Below are positions 17,893-27,106 of a stretch of DNA of 32,000 nt, in pieces. Every line of letters begins with the position of its first letter. Position 1 is the stretch's first letter. Location of the stretch: the NCBI RefSeq assembly GCF_000025125.1, contig NC_013771.1:330001-362000 (forward strand), read 5' to 3'. The notes beneath the pieces are model-generated. The model ran no database searches. It had not been told where the DNA came from and was given only the letters and a program-made list of their open reading frames with translations. Source of the DNA: Candidatus Atelocyanobacterium thalassa isolate ALOHA (GTDB lineage Bacteria; Cyanobacteriota; Cyanobacteriia; Cyanobacteriales; Microcystaceae). Both the position numbers and the translations under genes were made by a program.

Positions 17893-19860
17893 ATGCCTAA
17901 AATCCGATTGAAATTTAATCAAAAGCTCATTTCATATTTTTTTGAAACAGCACAACCCTATTTTTTCCCTATCAATAATAATCAAATATGGGTTTTCTGT
18001 ACGTTATTAGTAACACTAATTGTTATGGTTATTAGTTTAACTTTTTTCATGACAATTGGAGCAACTCTATTAACTAATACAGTTTTCGCTAATTTCTCTA
18101 ATGTTATTACTAATAGTTTTGTCAATAAAATTAATAATATTTTAGATTCAAATATTGTTAGTTATGTAGCCATTATTTTATTAATTAGTAATTTAATTTT
18201 TCTATCACAATTTTCTAAAATCAGTAAAAAATGGAAGCAGTGGTTTTTACTAGGATCTCTTCTTTTTCTTTTACTAGTTGTTAATGGATTAAGGCTCATC
18301 ATGAGCTATGTTTTTCGTTTTATTGATACTGCATTGACTGAAAAAAATGCAGATGTTTTTTGGCAATTTATGATAGTTTATGGCTTGGTATTAATCTCTG
18401 CTGTACCTATTATTGTCACTTACCGCTATACCAGGAAAAAGTTAGGCTTAATGTGGCGAGAGTGGCTTACAGAGAGTTTCTTGAGTCGCTATTTTAGCTA
18501 TCGTACATATTATAAGTTAAATTCTGAATCTATCGGGAAAGAAGTGGATAACCCTGATCAGAGAATAACGCAAGATATAAAATCTTTTACAACTGTTACT
18601 CTTGATTTTCTACTTGATTTCTTTAACTCAATCTTAACATTAATCTCTTTTTCTTATATTTTATACACAATATCTGAGAGGTTAACATATGGTTTATTAA
18701 TTTACGCAATATTTGGTACTGTAGTAGTTTTAATTGCAGGAAATCGTCTAATTAAGATTAATTATGCTCAATTGCGTCTAGAAGCAAATTTTCGCTATAG
18801 CATCTTAAGAATTAGGGACTATGCTGAATCAATTGCATTCTATAGAGGGGAATTTTTAGAAAACAAACAAGTTGCTAAAAAATTAAAAAAGGTTGTTAAA
18901 AACTTTAACTTATTAATCATTTGGCAATCAGTTATAAATCTTTTTCAATTAGGGTATAACTATTTTACGAGATTAATACCATATATTATGATTGCTCCTT
19001 TGTATTTAAAAGGAGAGTTAGATTTTGGATCTATTGCACAGGCAACTGTTGCATTTAGTCAAGTTCTGGAGGCGCTATCTTTAATAACTAACCGGATTCC
19101 GGAAATCACAAGATTCGCTGCTAGTATTAATCGCTTGGGAGAATTTTATGAATCAATGAATCCGAAGTTATTAAACGAAGAAAAATTAAGTAATAATTTA
19201 ATTCATATCGAAAAATTCCCTTTTATTGTTTTACAAAACGTTTCTTTATACCCTCCTAATTCTCAAAGAAAATTAGTTAAAAATATTACTATTCGTGTAG
19301 ATAGAAGTAATAATTTATTAATTATGGGGACTAGTGGAACTGGCAAAAGTTCTCTACTTAGGGCTATTGCCGGACTTTGGAGCTCAGGAGATGGAACGAT
19401 CTTTCGGCCTAGTCCAAAAGAGATATTATTTTTACCCCAACATCCATATATGATTTCAGGAAGTCTAAAAGAACAACTTTTATATCCTGATGTAGGGAAG
19501 TATATTACACAAAGCCAACTAAATGAAATATTAACAGCTGTTGACTTACAGAGTTTGAGAAATCGTTTTCAAGATTTTGACATAAAAGAAAATTGGAGTA
19601 GCTTATTATCTTTGGGAGAACAACAGCGTATAGCATTTGCTAGAATTTTAATTACCAAGCCTCGTTATGTTATTTTAGACGAAGCTACTAGTGCTTTAGA
19701 TGAAGAGAATGAAGAGTCTCTTTACTATAGTTTATCAACCTCAGAGACTAGCTATATTAGTGTAGGTCATAGACCTACTTTGACTAAATATCATCAGCAA
19801 ATATTAACCATAATGGATAAAGGTGATTGGGAACTAGAAATTCACAAAGTTCATAATTAG
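17893..19860 (+). CDS. Fused permease/ATPase ABC transporter, ABCD (peroxisomal-type) / SbmA-BacA-like membrane domain
   Basis: The 655-aa ORF has an N-terminal multi-TM domain with the DNPDQRITQDI loop seen in ABC_membrane_2 proteins. It also has Walker A GTSGTGKSS, signature LSLGEQQR and Walker B VILDEATSALD. The substrate cannot be read from the sequence. Confidence 0.85.
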   Translation: MPKIRLKFNQKLISYFFETAQPYFFPINNNQIWVFCTLLVTLIVMVISLTFFMTIGATLLTNTVFANFSNVITNSFVNKINNILDSNIVSYVAIILLISNLIFLSQFSKISKKWKQWFLLGSLLFLLLVVNGLRLIMSYVFRFIDTALTEKNADVFWQFMIVYGLVLISAVPIIVTYRYTRKKLGLMWREWLTESFLSRYFSYRTYYKLNSESIGKEVDNPDQRITQDIKSFTTVTLDFLLDFFNSILTLISFSYILYTISERLTYGLLIYAIFGTVVVLIAGNRLIKINYAQLRLEANFRYSILRIRDYAESIAFYRGEFLENKQVAKKLKKVVKNFNLLIIWQSVINLFQLGYNYFTRLIPYIMIAPLYLKGELDFGSIAQATVAFSQVLEALSLITNRIPEITRFAASINRLGEFYESMNPKLLNEEKLSNNLIHIEKFPFIVLQNVSLYPPNSQRKLVKNITIRVDRSNNLLIMGTSGTGKSSLLRAIAGLWSSGDGTIFRPSPKEILFLPQHPYMISGSLKEQLLYPDVGKYITQSQLNEILTAVDLQSLRNRFQDFDIKENWSSLLSLGEQQRIAFARILITKPRYVILDEATSALDEENEESLYYSLSTSETSYISVGHRPTLTKYHQQILTIMDKGDWELEIHKVHN

Positions 19861-20113
19861 CTAAAGTTACAATAAAGTATTATGTAATAAATTTTTATTT
19901 TTCAGATCAAAAAAATTAGTTTATGATCATTGAATATAAAAATACGTCTTATATATTTATATTTTTGATAAGCATCAATGTAAAAAATTACTATACTATT
20001 TTAGATAACTAAAGTTTAAATTTCCTTTCTATTCAAAAAATTAGTATAATAATTGTATGAGGTTCTTAGAATCTTTCTTTTATTCTTAAACATGCAGTCA
20101 AGACCATTAATTT

Positions 20114-20299
20114 ATGGAATCTAGTAGTTCATCAAAGAAGGGGACAGAACCTTCTGCTCATAGGTGGAATCATATTATAGGAACGGTAATTGCCATGGTA
20201 ACCCTAACATTACCTGTCTTTGTAATTGCATATTACTCTTCAAATAAAGTCGATTCTCCATCGAGTCAATTTCATTATCTGAATGATTCTAGAAAATAG
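20114..20299 (+). CDS. Hypothetical 61-aa single-pass membrane protein
   Basis: The ORF has a Ser-rich N-terminus and one hydrophobic helix (IIGTVIAMVTLTLPVFVIAYY). I recognise no family and see no obvious RBS. It may be non-coding. Confidence 0.3.
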   Translation: MESSSSSKKGTEPSAHRWNHIIGTVIAMVTLTLPVFVIAYYSSNKVDSPSSQFHYLNDSRK

Positions 20300-20806
20300 T
20301 ATCTTTATTATCAATCAAAATGTCATCTATATTGATTCATATGAAGAAAGGTACTAAACCACAACAATAAAAATATCATTTAAGGAACTTATTAAAAATA
20401 TAGTGAAAATTTATATAGTTTTTTATCTAGCCTTGCTAATAAATGAAACTTAAAAACACTTTATAAGAATTATGGCCTTCCTTAAATTGAAGCAATAGTT
20501 TTTAATTGCTAAGTTAAAAAATTAAAAACCTTATCTTAAACATTATAAAAAAACAATTAAAATTTCAAACTTAAAATCATTTGACATGCTATGTATATCA
20601 AATTATTCAGTGAATGAATGATAGATAAAAGCTTCAAAAATCATTTTTAGATTTCAGCAATATTACTATTTGGCTGTAATCACTCTATTGATATATCAAA
20701 GTATTTTGTTTTATACTCAAAAGCTGAAGAATAGTAAATTCCTACGGAGAAATTTGGGAATGAGAAGATTAAAATCGAACAATAAACGCTAAAAAAATTA
20801 ATATTC

Positions 20807-22345
20807 ATGTCAGATTTGCCAGCATCCATAGCTGTTTATTATCATCAAAGAACAAAATACGATCCCCAAACTATTGCTACTAAGAACAAAGGCTTGGATT
20901 GGTCAAAACAGCCAATCCCTTTCAAAGAATATAAAATTGGTAAATCTTACGAGCTAATAACTTATTCATCAAAGGAATCACCATTTACTTCTCATTCTTC
21001 ATATTGGCAAAGGCTTTCTCGTTTATGTGGCTGTAGTTATGGATTAACAGCAAAAGTTCCTACTATTGGAAGTCCTATATATTTGAGAGCGACTCCCTCA
21101 GCTGGAGGATTATATCCAGCTGAAGTTTATTTAATTTCTAAAGGAACTTCATGGCTACCAGCTGGACTATATAGTTACCAACCACAAAACCATTCTTTGT
21201 TGCATTTTTGGGATAATGATGTCTGGGACAATCTAAAGAAAGCATGTTTATCTCATCAAGCTCTTGAAAATTCAGAGCTAGCAATCGTCACAACCGCTAT
21301 TTTTTACAGGTCTTCTTGGCGATATGAAGATAGGGCTTATCGAAGAATTTGTCTAGATACAGGGCATTTGTTGGGTAATATAGAGCTAGCTTGCGCTATG
21401 ACTAATTACCGTCCTCACTTAATCGGAGGATTTATAGACAATGTACTTAATAAAATTTTTTATTTTAACTCTAAAGAAGAAGGAGTAACTTCAGTTATAG
21501 CCTTATCTGACTTAACCTACAATAACAAGAATTTAGAGGATATAGGGCCTACAGCTGTACCTTCAATTATAAAAACCAATTATTCCGAAGTATCTGATGG
21601 AGAATTACTAGGCTATTTTCATCAAGCTACTGAGATACAAGAGTCTGATATTAATAAAGTACAAAAAATAGTATCTCAAAAAAGTATTGTAGAAGATAAG
21701 TATAACTTTCCATTTTGTTTAAAGGTCTCTACATCCACAACTCCTATAGTATGGGGAAGTGATTTTAGTCTTCTTGAAAAAACTATTTTCAAAAGACGAT
21801 CTACTCGTGCGTATACGGGTGAAGAGTTAACTTTAGATGAGTTAAAAGCATTATTACACTTTACTTACCAGTCTCAAGATTATGTTCATCAGGGATTTGA
21901 TTCGAATCCTGATTATTTTGATATCAGTTTAATTGAAACTTTTATAGCAGTCTCTGGAGTAGAAGGACTAGAATCTGGTTGTTATTATTATGCTCCAAAG
22001 GCTCAAGAACTTAGACAAATTAGGTTTAAAAATTTTCGAAAAGAATTACACTACCTGTGTTTAGGGCAAAATTTAGGAAGAGATGCAGGGGCAATTATTT
22101 TTCACACGACAGAATTGAAAAAGGCAATAGAAAAATATGGTGATCGTGTCTATAGATATTTGCATCTTGATGCAGGACATTTAGGTCAAAAAATCAATCT
22201 GGCTGCTATTCATCTTCAACTTGGCGTAAGTGGAATTGGTGGTTTTTTTGACGATCAAGTAAATGAGGTTCTTGGTATTCCTGAAGATGAAGTTGTTATT
22301 TACATTACAACAATTGGAAGACCAAGATATCAATCTATAAATTAA
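20807..22345 (+). CDS. Two-domain SagB-type dehydrogenase / nitroreductase-superfamily protein
   Basis: The 512-aa ORF has a SagB-like N-terminus (YHQRTKYDP, PSAGGLYPAEVY). The second half has the nitroreductase FMN-site motif (FKRRSTRAY) and DAGHLGQ. A first-half DTGHLLGN parallels a second-half DAGHLGQK, which indicates a tandem domain duplication. Confidence 0.75.
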   Translation: MSDLPASIAVYYHQRTKYDPQTIATKNKGLDWSKQPIPFKEYKIGKSYELITYSSKESPFTSHSSYWQRLSRLCGCSYGLTAKVPTIGSPIYLRATPSAGGLYPAEVYLISKGTSWLPAGLYSYQPQNHSLLHFWDNDVWDNLKKACLSHQALENSELAIVTTAIFYRSSWRYEDRAYRRICLDTGHLLGNIELACAMTNYRPHLIGGFIDNVLNKIFYFNSKEEGVTSVIALSDLTYNNKNLEDIGPTAVPSIIKTNYSEVSDGELLGYFHQATEIQESDINKVQKIVSQKSIVEDKYNFPFCLKVSTSTTPIVWGSDFSLLEKTIFKRRSTRAYTGEELTLDELKALLHFTYQSQDYVHQGFDSNPDYFDISLIETFIAVSGVEGLESGCYYYAPKAQELRQIRFKNFRKELHYLCLGQNLGRDAGAIIFHTTELKKAIEKYGDRVYRYLHLDAGHLGQKINLAAIHLQLGVSGIGGFFDDQVNEVLGIPEDEVVIYITTIGRPRYQSIN

Positions 22346-22400
22346 ATAGCAAATTAACTTAACTTATGGTGCTTCTTAATTATTAAAAATAATGGTTAAT

Positions 22401-22451
22401 AAATTCTAGATATTATTTAGTTCCTATATTTTTAAACCATATCTAGAATTT
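22401..22451. repeat. 13-bp inverted repeat (aaattctagatat / atatctagaattt) separated by 25 nt
   Basis: Read directly from the sequence. It lies about 55 nt downstream of the SagB-like gene and upstream of the BI-1 gene. Confidence 0.4.
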
Positions 22452-22603
22452 TACTTAAAAATGACTTTTTAGAATTACTTTATGTTTAAAATTTATAATA
22501 CTATTATATTCCGGTGCGGTATTCTTTACTAGTTTTCAATCTAAGTAATAAGCTATAAAAAATAGTATGTTATCTACTAGATTTTTTTAGTGAGAATAAA
22601 ATT

Positions 22604-23338
22604 ATGAGTAATACAAGTAATTTTCGTAAAGCAATTAATGAATCTCAAAAGAAAGACATTGTCGGTCCTAATGTTATAGCTAATGCTTTACCTATTGTTG
22701 GTAGTGGCTTAATTTTGACTGGACTAGGAACGTATGGTGGACTAGGCATAATCAATTCTTATCCAGAGACTTTTTCTTCAACTTTTGTAATTGCTGTTAT
22801 CTTAGAACTGGTTTTCTTTTTTATTGTAAATAGAGTAATTAATAAGAATAATCAAAGTATTGCCTTACCTTTATTATCTATTTATAGTTTGTTGTCTGGA
22901 TATACTCTCAGTGGTATTGTTTATATTGCTTTAGGAACTGAAGGAGTAGGAATTCAAGGAGTAGGAATTTCAGCTTTTGGATGTGGAGCCACTTTTATTA
23001 TTGCCCGTAGCATTGGAACAAACTTATCAGATCAAGATGGGATGGCTTTAACGAAAACAGTTCAATTAGGATTAATAGCTCTCTTGGCAGTAATTATAGG
23101 GCAATTTATATTTTCTATTTTTGGCTTCTACACACCGTCATGGTTAGAGATAGCATTTTCTGGATTAGGAGTATTTTTATTTGCAGGAGCTGCAGTGGTT
23201 GACTTTTACGTGCTTCCTCGTAGTTACAATGATAAACAGTATCTTGCTGCAGCACTTTCAATGTACTTGACTTATATTAATTTATTCGTATTTATCTTAA
23301 GATTAGTGATCTCGCTTAACGATAGAGATAATAATTAA
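22604..23338 (+). CDS. Bax inhibitor-1 / YccA family membrane protein
   Basis: The 244-aa ORF has about 7 hydrophobic segments. Its length and C-terminal pattern (AALSMYLTYINLFVFILRL) are typical of the BI-1/YccA family. Confidence 0.82.
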   Translation: MSNTSNFRKAINESQKKDIVGPNVIANALPIVGSGLILTGLGTYGGLGIINSYPETFSSTFVIAVILELVFFFIVNRVINKNNQSIALPLLSIYSLLSGYTLSGIVYIALGTEGVGIQGVGISAFGCGATFIIARSIGTNLSDQDGMALTKTVQLGLIALLAVIIGQFIFSIFGFYTPSWLEIAFSGLGVFLFAGAAVVDFYVLPRSYNDKQYLAAALSMYLTYINLFVFILRLVISLNDRDNN

Positions 23339-23524
23339 AACACATAAAAGATTAAAACTACTCCTATTTTACGTTTATTTTGTTATAATAATTGAGAGTT
23401 ATTAATTAGTATTGACCTTAAAATCTTTATGAACTTTAAATTCATAGTATTTTATGACCATATTAATTCTTAATTTTTTGTTTAGTTCCTTTAAATATAT
23501 AAGCAAGGCAAATTCACAAAAATT

Positions 23525-23686
23525 ATGAATACTAACACTGACAAGAGAGCTTTTGATGAACCTAAATTTGGCTTTACTGAATATGCAGAACGCTTAAATG
23601 GCCGCGCTGCTATGATCGGTATTATGAGCATTTTTATTATTGAGTATATAAGTGGACAAGGCATTTTTCATTGGCTAGGTCTATAA
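23525..23686 (+). CDS. hli: High-light-inducible protein (one-helix CAB/ELIP/HLIP family)
   Basis: Not in the ORF track (53 aa). Manual translation gives MNTNTDKRAFDEPKFGFTEYAERLNGRAAMIGIMSIFIIEYISGQGIFHWLGL. It contains the chlorophyll-binding E..NGR.AM.G motif. Confidence 0.85.
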   Translation: MNTNTDKRAFDEPKFGFTEYAERLNGRAAMIGIMSIFIIEYISGQGIFHWLGL

Positions 23687-23803
23687 ATTACGCTTAATAA
23701 TTTATATCTACCGCTTTCAATTGTATGAATCTTAAGCTATTTTCATAAATAAAACGCTAAGATTTTAGGTATTAAAATAACATCATTAAAAATAGGTATT
23801 TTA

Positions 23804-24085
23804 ATGTTACAAGATCAAATACATCCTCAAGAACATCGTGATCGCCTTATTGTTAATGATTTATTAAATTCCCAAGCCGATGATTACAAATTGGTTGAGT
23901 TAGCAAGATTATTAATACGTTATCAGGATTTTCCAGGAGCTAGGAAAATATATCAAGATTTGAATAAAATTTTAGCTACTTGGCAATTAACACAAGAAGA
24001 ATTATTTGTAAAAACTCGTGAAATTCATAATAAAAGAATTCTTCATTCTGATTCCCTAGACAACGAAGTTCAAGATTGGAATTAA
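23804..24085 (+). CDS. Conserved cyanobacterial hypothetical protein (DUF3288-like)
   Basis: The 93-aa ORF contains HPQEHRDR..VN.LL and LLIRYQDFPGAR, which match my recollection of DUF3288. Family membership is not verified. Confidence 0.55.
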   Translation: MLQDQIHPQEHRDRLIVNDLLNSQADDYKLVELARLLIRYQDFPGARKIYQDLNKILATWQLTQEELFVKTREIHNKRILHSDSLDNEVQDWN

Positions 24086-24193
24086 TTTTCTAGATAATAC
24101 CTAAGATTTATTACTTATAGAAGTAAGAAGCCTTTTATATAAAGGTAAGAAAATAGTTAAATTTTATTTATATATGATTCAAAATTAAGTTAT

Positions 24194-25063
24194 TTAATGA
24201 AATCGAATTCCTAAGAAAATATCATAAAGGAAGCCTAGAAAGTTTTTTCCTTTAAGTAAATCTAAAGATTGTTCGCATTCTTTTTCGTCTAGTAGTTGTT
24301 TGGTTGCATAGTAAGCAGGCTCGTATCTATACCAAGGAATTGATGGCCATAAATGATGAACTAAATGATAGTTTTGTCCGAAAATTAAAAAGTTCAATAT
24401 TTTACTTGGATAGACTCTAGCATTTTTCCAACGATTACGTTCTTGAAAAGGCCGATGAGGTAGATAATCAAAAAATAGCCCTAGAGCTACACCTACTACT
24501 AGTGCTGGTACAAACCAGAAATTCATAACATAATTAATGAATCCGTATTTTATACCTAGTACGATTACAGTAAATAAAACTAATCTACTTAAGAACCATT
24601 CTAATATTTCGTATTTAACCCATAGACGGCGTCTAAAAAAAAATATCTCATGGTAGAAAAAGCGCGCTGCTATCATCCATAAAGGTCCCCCTGTTGATAC
24701 AAAATGATCGGGATCATTTTCAGGATCATTGACATGGGCGTGGTGTTGTAGATGTACTCGGGTAAAGACAGGAAATGCAAAGCCTAACATTAATGCACTA
24801 CCATGACCTAGAGTTGAATTGATAGTTCGGTTTGGATGAGCTGAATTATGTGAAGCGTCATGTATAACAGTGCCAGAAAAATGAAGAGCAATAACGTTAC
24901 AACTAAAACATATCCAATCTCTCCAGTTCCACAAGAAATGTCCACAAGTTGAAGAGAAAATTAAAAACAAAGCAGTTAAAAACATGACTACATTGGGATT
25001 AAATCCACCAGGAGCCTTCAAAAACTTTTTGGGAACCGTTTGCAGCGTTCCTGCCGACTGCAT
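24194..25063 (-). CDS. crtR: Beta-carotene hydroxylase, desaturase-like di-iron type (CrtR)
   Basis: The 289-aa membrane ORF has three His boxes (HDASH, HLQHH, HLVHHLWP). Its size is typical of cyanobacterial CrtR. Confidence 0.82.
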   Translation of the reverse strand: MQSAGTLQTVPKKFLKAPGGFNPNVVMFLTALFLIFSSTCGHFLWNWRDWICFSCNVIALHFSGTVIHDASHNSAHPNRTINSTLGHGSALMLGFAFPVFTRVHLQHHAHVNDPENDPDHFVSTGGPLWMIAARFFYHEIFFFRRRLWVKYEILEWFLSRLVLFTVIVLGIKYGFINYVMNFWFVPALVVGVALGLFFDYLPHRPFQERNRWKNARVYPSKILNFLIFGQNYHLVHHLWPSIPWYRYEPAYYATKQLLDEKECEQSLDLLKGKNFLGFLYDIFLGIRFH

Positions 25064-25230
25064 GATGATTTTGTACCTCTTCCTCGAAATTATTTATTAA
25101 CACTACTAAGCTTACACGATAATGGAAATTTAACAAAGCTTAATAACATATCTTCTCTTAGTGTCTACAAACTAATATAAAAGATGAATAACAAAGCAAA
25201 ATTTTATTTAAAAAAATTCAAGAAAGTTAA

Positions 25231-25261
25231 TTGACAGAGAGTTCTAGCACTTTTCTAAAAT
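25231..25261 (+). promoter_or_regulatory. Candidate sigma70-type promoter upstream of murD (TTGACA, 19-nt spacer, TAAAAT)
   Basis: TTGACA sits at 25231..25236 and TAAAAT at 25256..25261. The spacer is longer than optimal. In sequence this AT-rich, -10-like hexamers are common by chance. Confidence 0.25.
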
Positions 25262-25377
25262 TATGGAAATAAGAAGCAAAATTCTTAAGATAGATTAAAG
25301 TTTCTCATATTTTGTCCTACCAGTAGAGCTAAGATAAGTTAATATATAATTTACGTATGAAAGTGCTATAAAATCGA

Positions 25378-26634
25378 ATGGCGATAGCTTATGTTATTGG
25401 ATTAGGAAAATCAGGAATTGCTGCTGCAAGGTGTCTTAAACAAGAAGGGTGGAGTGTAGTTATTAGCGATTCTTCAACTTCTTCTGAACTACAAGACTTA
25501 CAAAAAAAATTAAAACTAGAAGACATTACTGTTAAGTTACTTCATAATCCAGTTTTTCAGCCTTCTTTTTTACCAGAATTAATAATAGTTAGTCCAGGAG
25601 TACCATGGGATGCTCCTTTTTTAGTTCAAGCCCGTCTTCATAAAGTTAGCATAATTGGTGAATTAGAGTTATCCTGGCGATATCTTAATTTATCCCCTTG
25701 GTTAATTATTACTGGTACTAATGGAAAAACTACAACCACAAAATTAGTTGAATCAATTTTTCAAAAATCTTCACTTAGTGCTGTTGCCTGCGGGAATGTC
25801 GGAAATGCAGCTTCTGAATTAGCTTTATCTAAACTAAAAAATCCAAGTATTCCCAATTATGACTGGATTATTACAGAAGTTAGTAGTTATCAGTGTGAAT
25901 CTTCTCAAACGATAAGGCCTACGATTGGTATTTGGACAAGCTTTACACCAGACCATTTAAGTCGCCATAAAACATTGCATAACTATTATTCGATAAAGGC
26001 TTCATTACTTAAAAATTGTAAATATCAAATTTTAAATAATGATGATAACTATCTACATACTATAAGTTCTCACAGTTGGCCAAATGCCTATTGGACAACA
26101 ATAAAAGGAAAAGAAGATTTACCTTGTGATCCTATTAAAGGAGTATATGTCCAAGATGGTTGGATTGTTGCCTTTGGAGAATTAATGTTTCCAATAAACT
26201 TATTTAAAGTTGCAGGACTCCATAATCAACAAAATCTTTTGATGGCTGTTGCAGCTGCTAAGATTGCCGGAATCGATAAAAAAGATATTTCTTTGGCAGT
26301 AGAAAATTTTGATGGTGTACCTCACCGTTTAGAATATGTTGTTAGCATTGATGATATTCAGTTTATAAATGATAGTAAAGCGACTAACTATGATGCTGCT
26401 GCTATGGGTTTGATTTCAGTAGAATCCCCTGCTATTTTAATTGCAGGAGGACAATCAAAAGAAGGAAATGATAGCGAGTGGATTAAACTTATAAAATCTC
26501 AAGTTTCTAAAGTCCTACTCATTGGTGAATCTGCATCTTTTATCGCAGAACGTCTTGAAAGTTTTAGCTATTATAATTATGAAATTGTTGAAGAGATGGA
26601 CGTAGCAGTAAGAAAGAAGTTTCAGCTTAGGTAA
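25378..26634 (+). CDS. murD: UDP-N-acetylmuramoyl-L-alanine--D-glutamate ligase, 0-frame portion (418 codons); lacks the conserved C-terminal about 50 aa
   Basis: The N-terminus is [15 protein letters not shown], followed by the Mur ligase P-loop GTNGKTTTT and the motifs DHLSRH and NDSKATN. The frame ends prematurely at TAA 26632..26634. Confidence 0.9.
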   Translation: MAIAYVIGLGKSGIAAARCLKQEGWSVVISDSSTSSELQDLQKKLKLEDITVKLLHNPVFQPSFLPELIIVSPGVPWDAPFLVQARLHKVSIIGELELSWRYLNLSPWLIITGTNGKTTTTKLVESIFQKSSLSAVACGNVGNAASELALSKLKNPSIPNYDWIITEVSSYQCESSQTIRPTIGIWTSFTPDHLSRHKTLHNYYSIKASLLKNCKYQILNNDDNYLHTISSHSWPNAYWTTIKGKEDLPCDPIKGVYVQDGWIVAFGELMFPINLFKVAGLHNQQNLLMAVAAAKIAGIDKKDISLAVENFDGVPHRLEYVVSIDDIQFINDSKATNYDAAAMGLISVESPAILIAGGQSKEGNDSEWIKLIKSQVSKVLLIGESASFIAERLESFSYYNYEIVEEMDVAVRKKFQLR

Positions 26635-26770
26635 AGAATTAAAAGCTAAAGTAGTTCTTTTATCTCCAGCATGCGCAAGTTTTGATCAGTATAAAAATTT
26701 TGAAGATCGAGGAAATTGTTTTAAAAGTCTATGCAAAAAGCTTTTTATGGATACTAATGAGCTGCTTTAA
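26612..26770 (+). other. murD: murD C-terminal segment encoded in the +1 frame (frameshift, recoding site or sequencing error)
   Basis: The +1 frame is open from 26612 to the TAA at 26768..26770. It reads [52 protein letters not shown]. The [16 protein letters not shown] segment is the conserved MurD C-terminus. Confidence 0.85.
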
Positions 26771-27106
26771 TGAATATTCATCTAAACTTTATTTATCAAG
26801 AACAGTTTTATCTACGATCACATCATAAATACTGTATTACGATTATTGATATTTATTTTTCATATATCAATAATAAAAAACGTTTTATAGATTATTGGAA
26901 AGTAAAATCCACTTTATAAACACCCTTACCACCTCTCCTTTTTAATCAAATAAATAGATATTTCGTATTTCCTACTGATAGTTATTTTTGTGTTAAAGTA
27001 CTATTAAATAGTAAAAAAAACCGTGCTAAATCCACTTAGGAAGTTTTTTTTATCAATTTATTAAAGCGTTTTTTCAAGCTACCCTGTGAACGGAGTTAAT
27101 TACCCT

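Noticed and set aside
20114-20299. The 61-aa ORF as a RiPP/TOMM precursor for the SagB-like enzyme
   Set aside because: It contains a hydrophobic transmembrane helix and no Cys-rich or heterocyclisable core. It lies 507 nt from the SagB-like gene, and no YcaO cyclodehydratase is present. It is kept only as a low-confidence hypothetical membrane ORF.
26842-26874. 11-bp inverted repeat (attattgatat / atatcaataat) downstream of murD as a terminator
   Set aside because: The stem is AT-only and is followed by A's rather than T's on the murD strand. Matches of this size are expected by chance in sequence this AT-rich.
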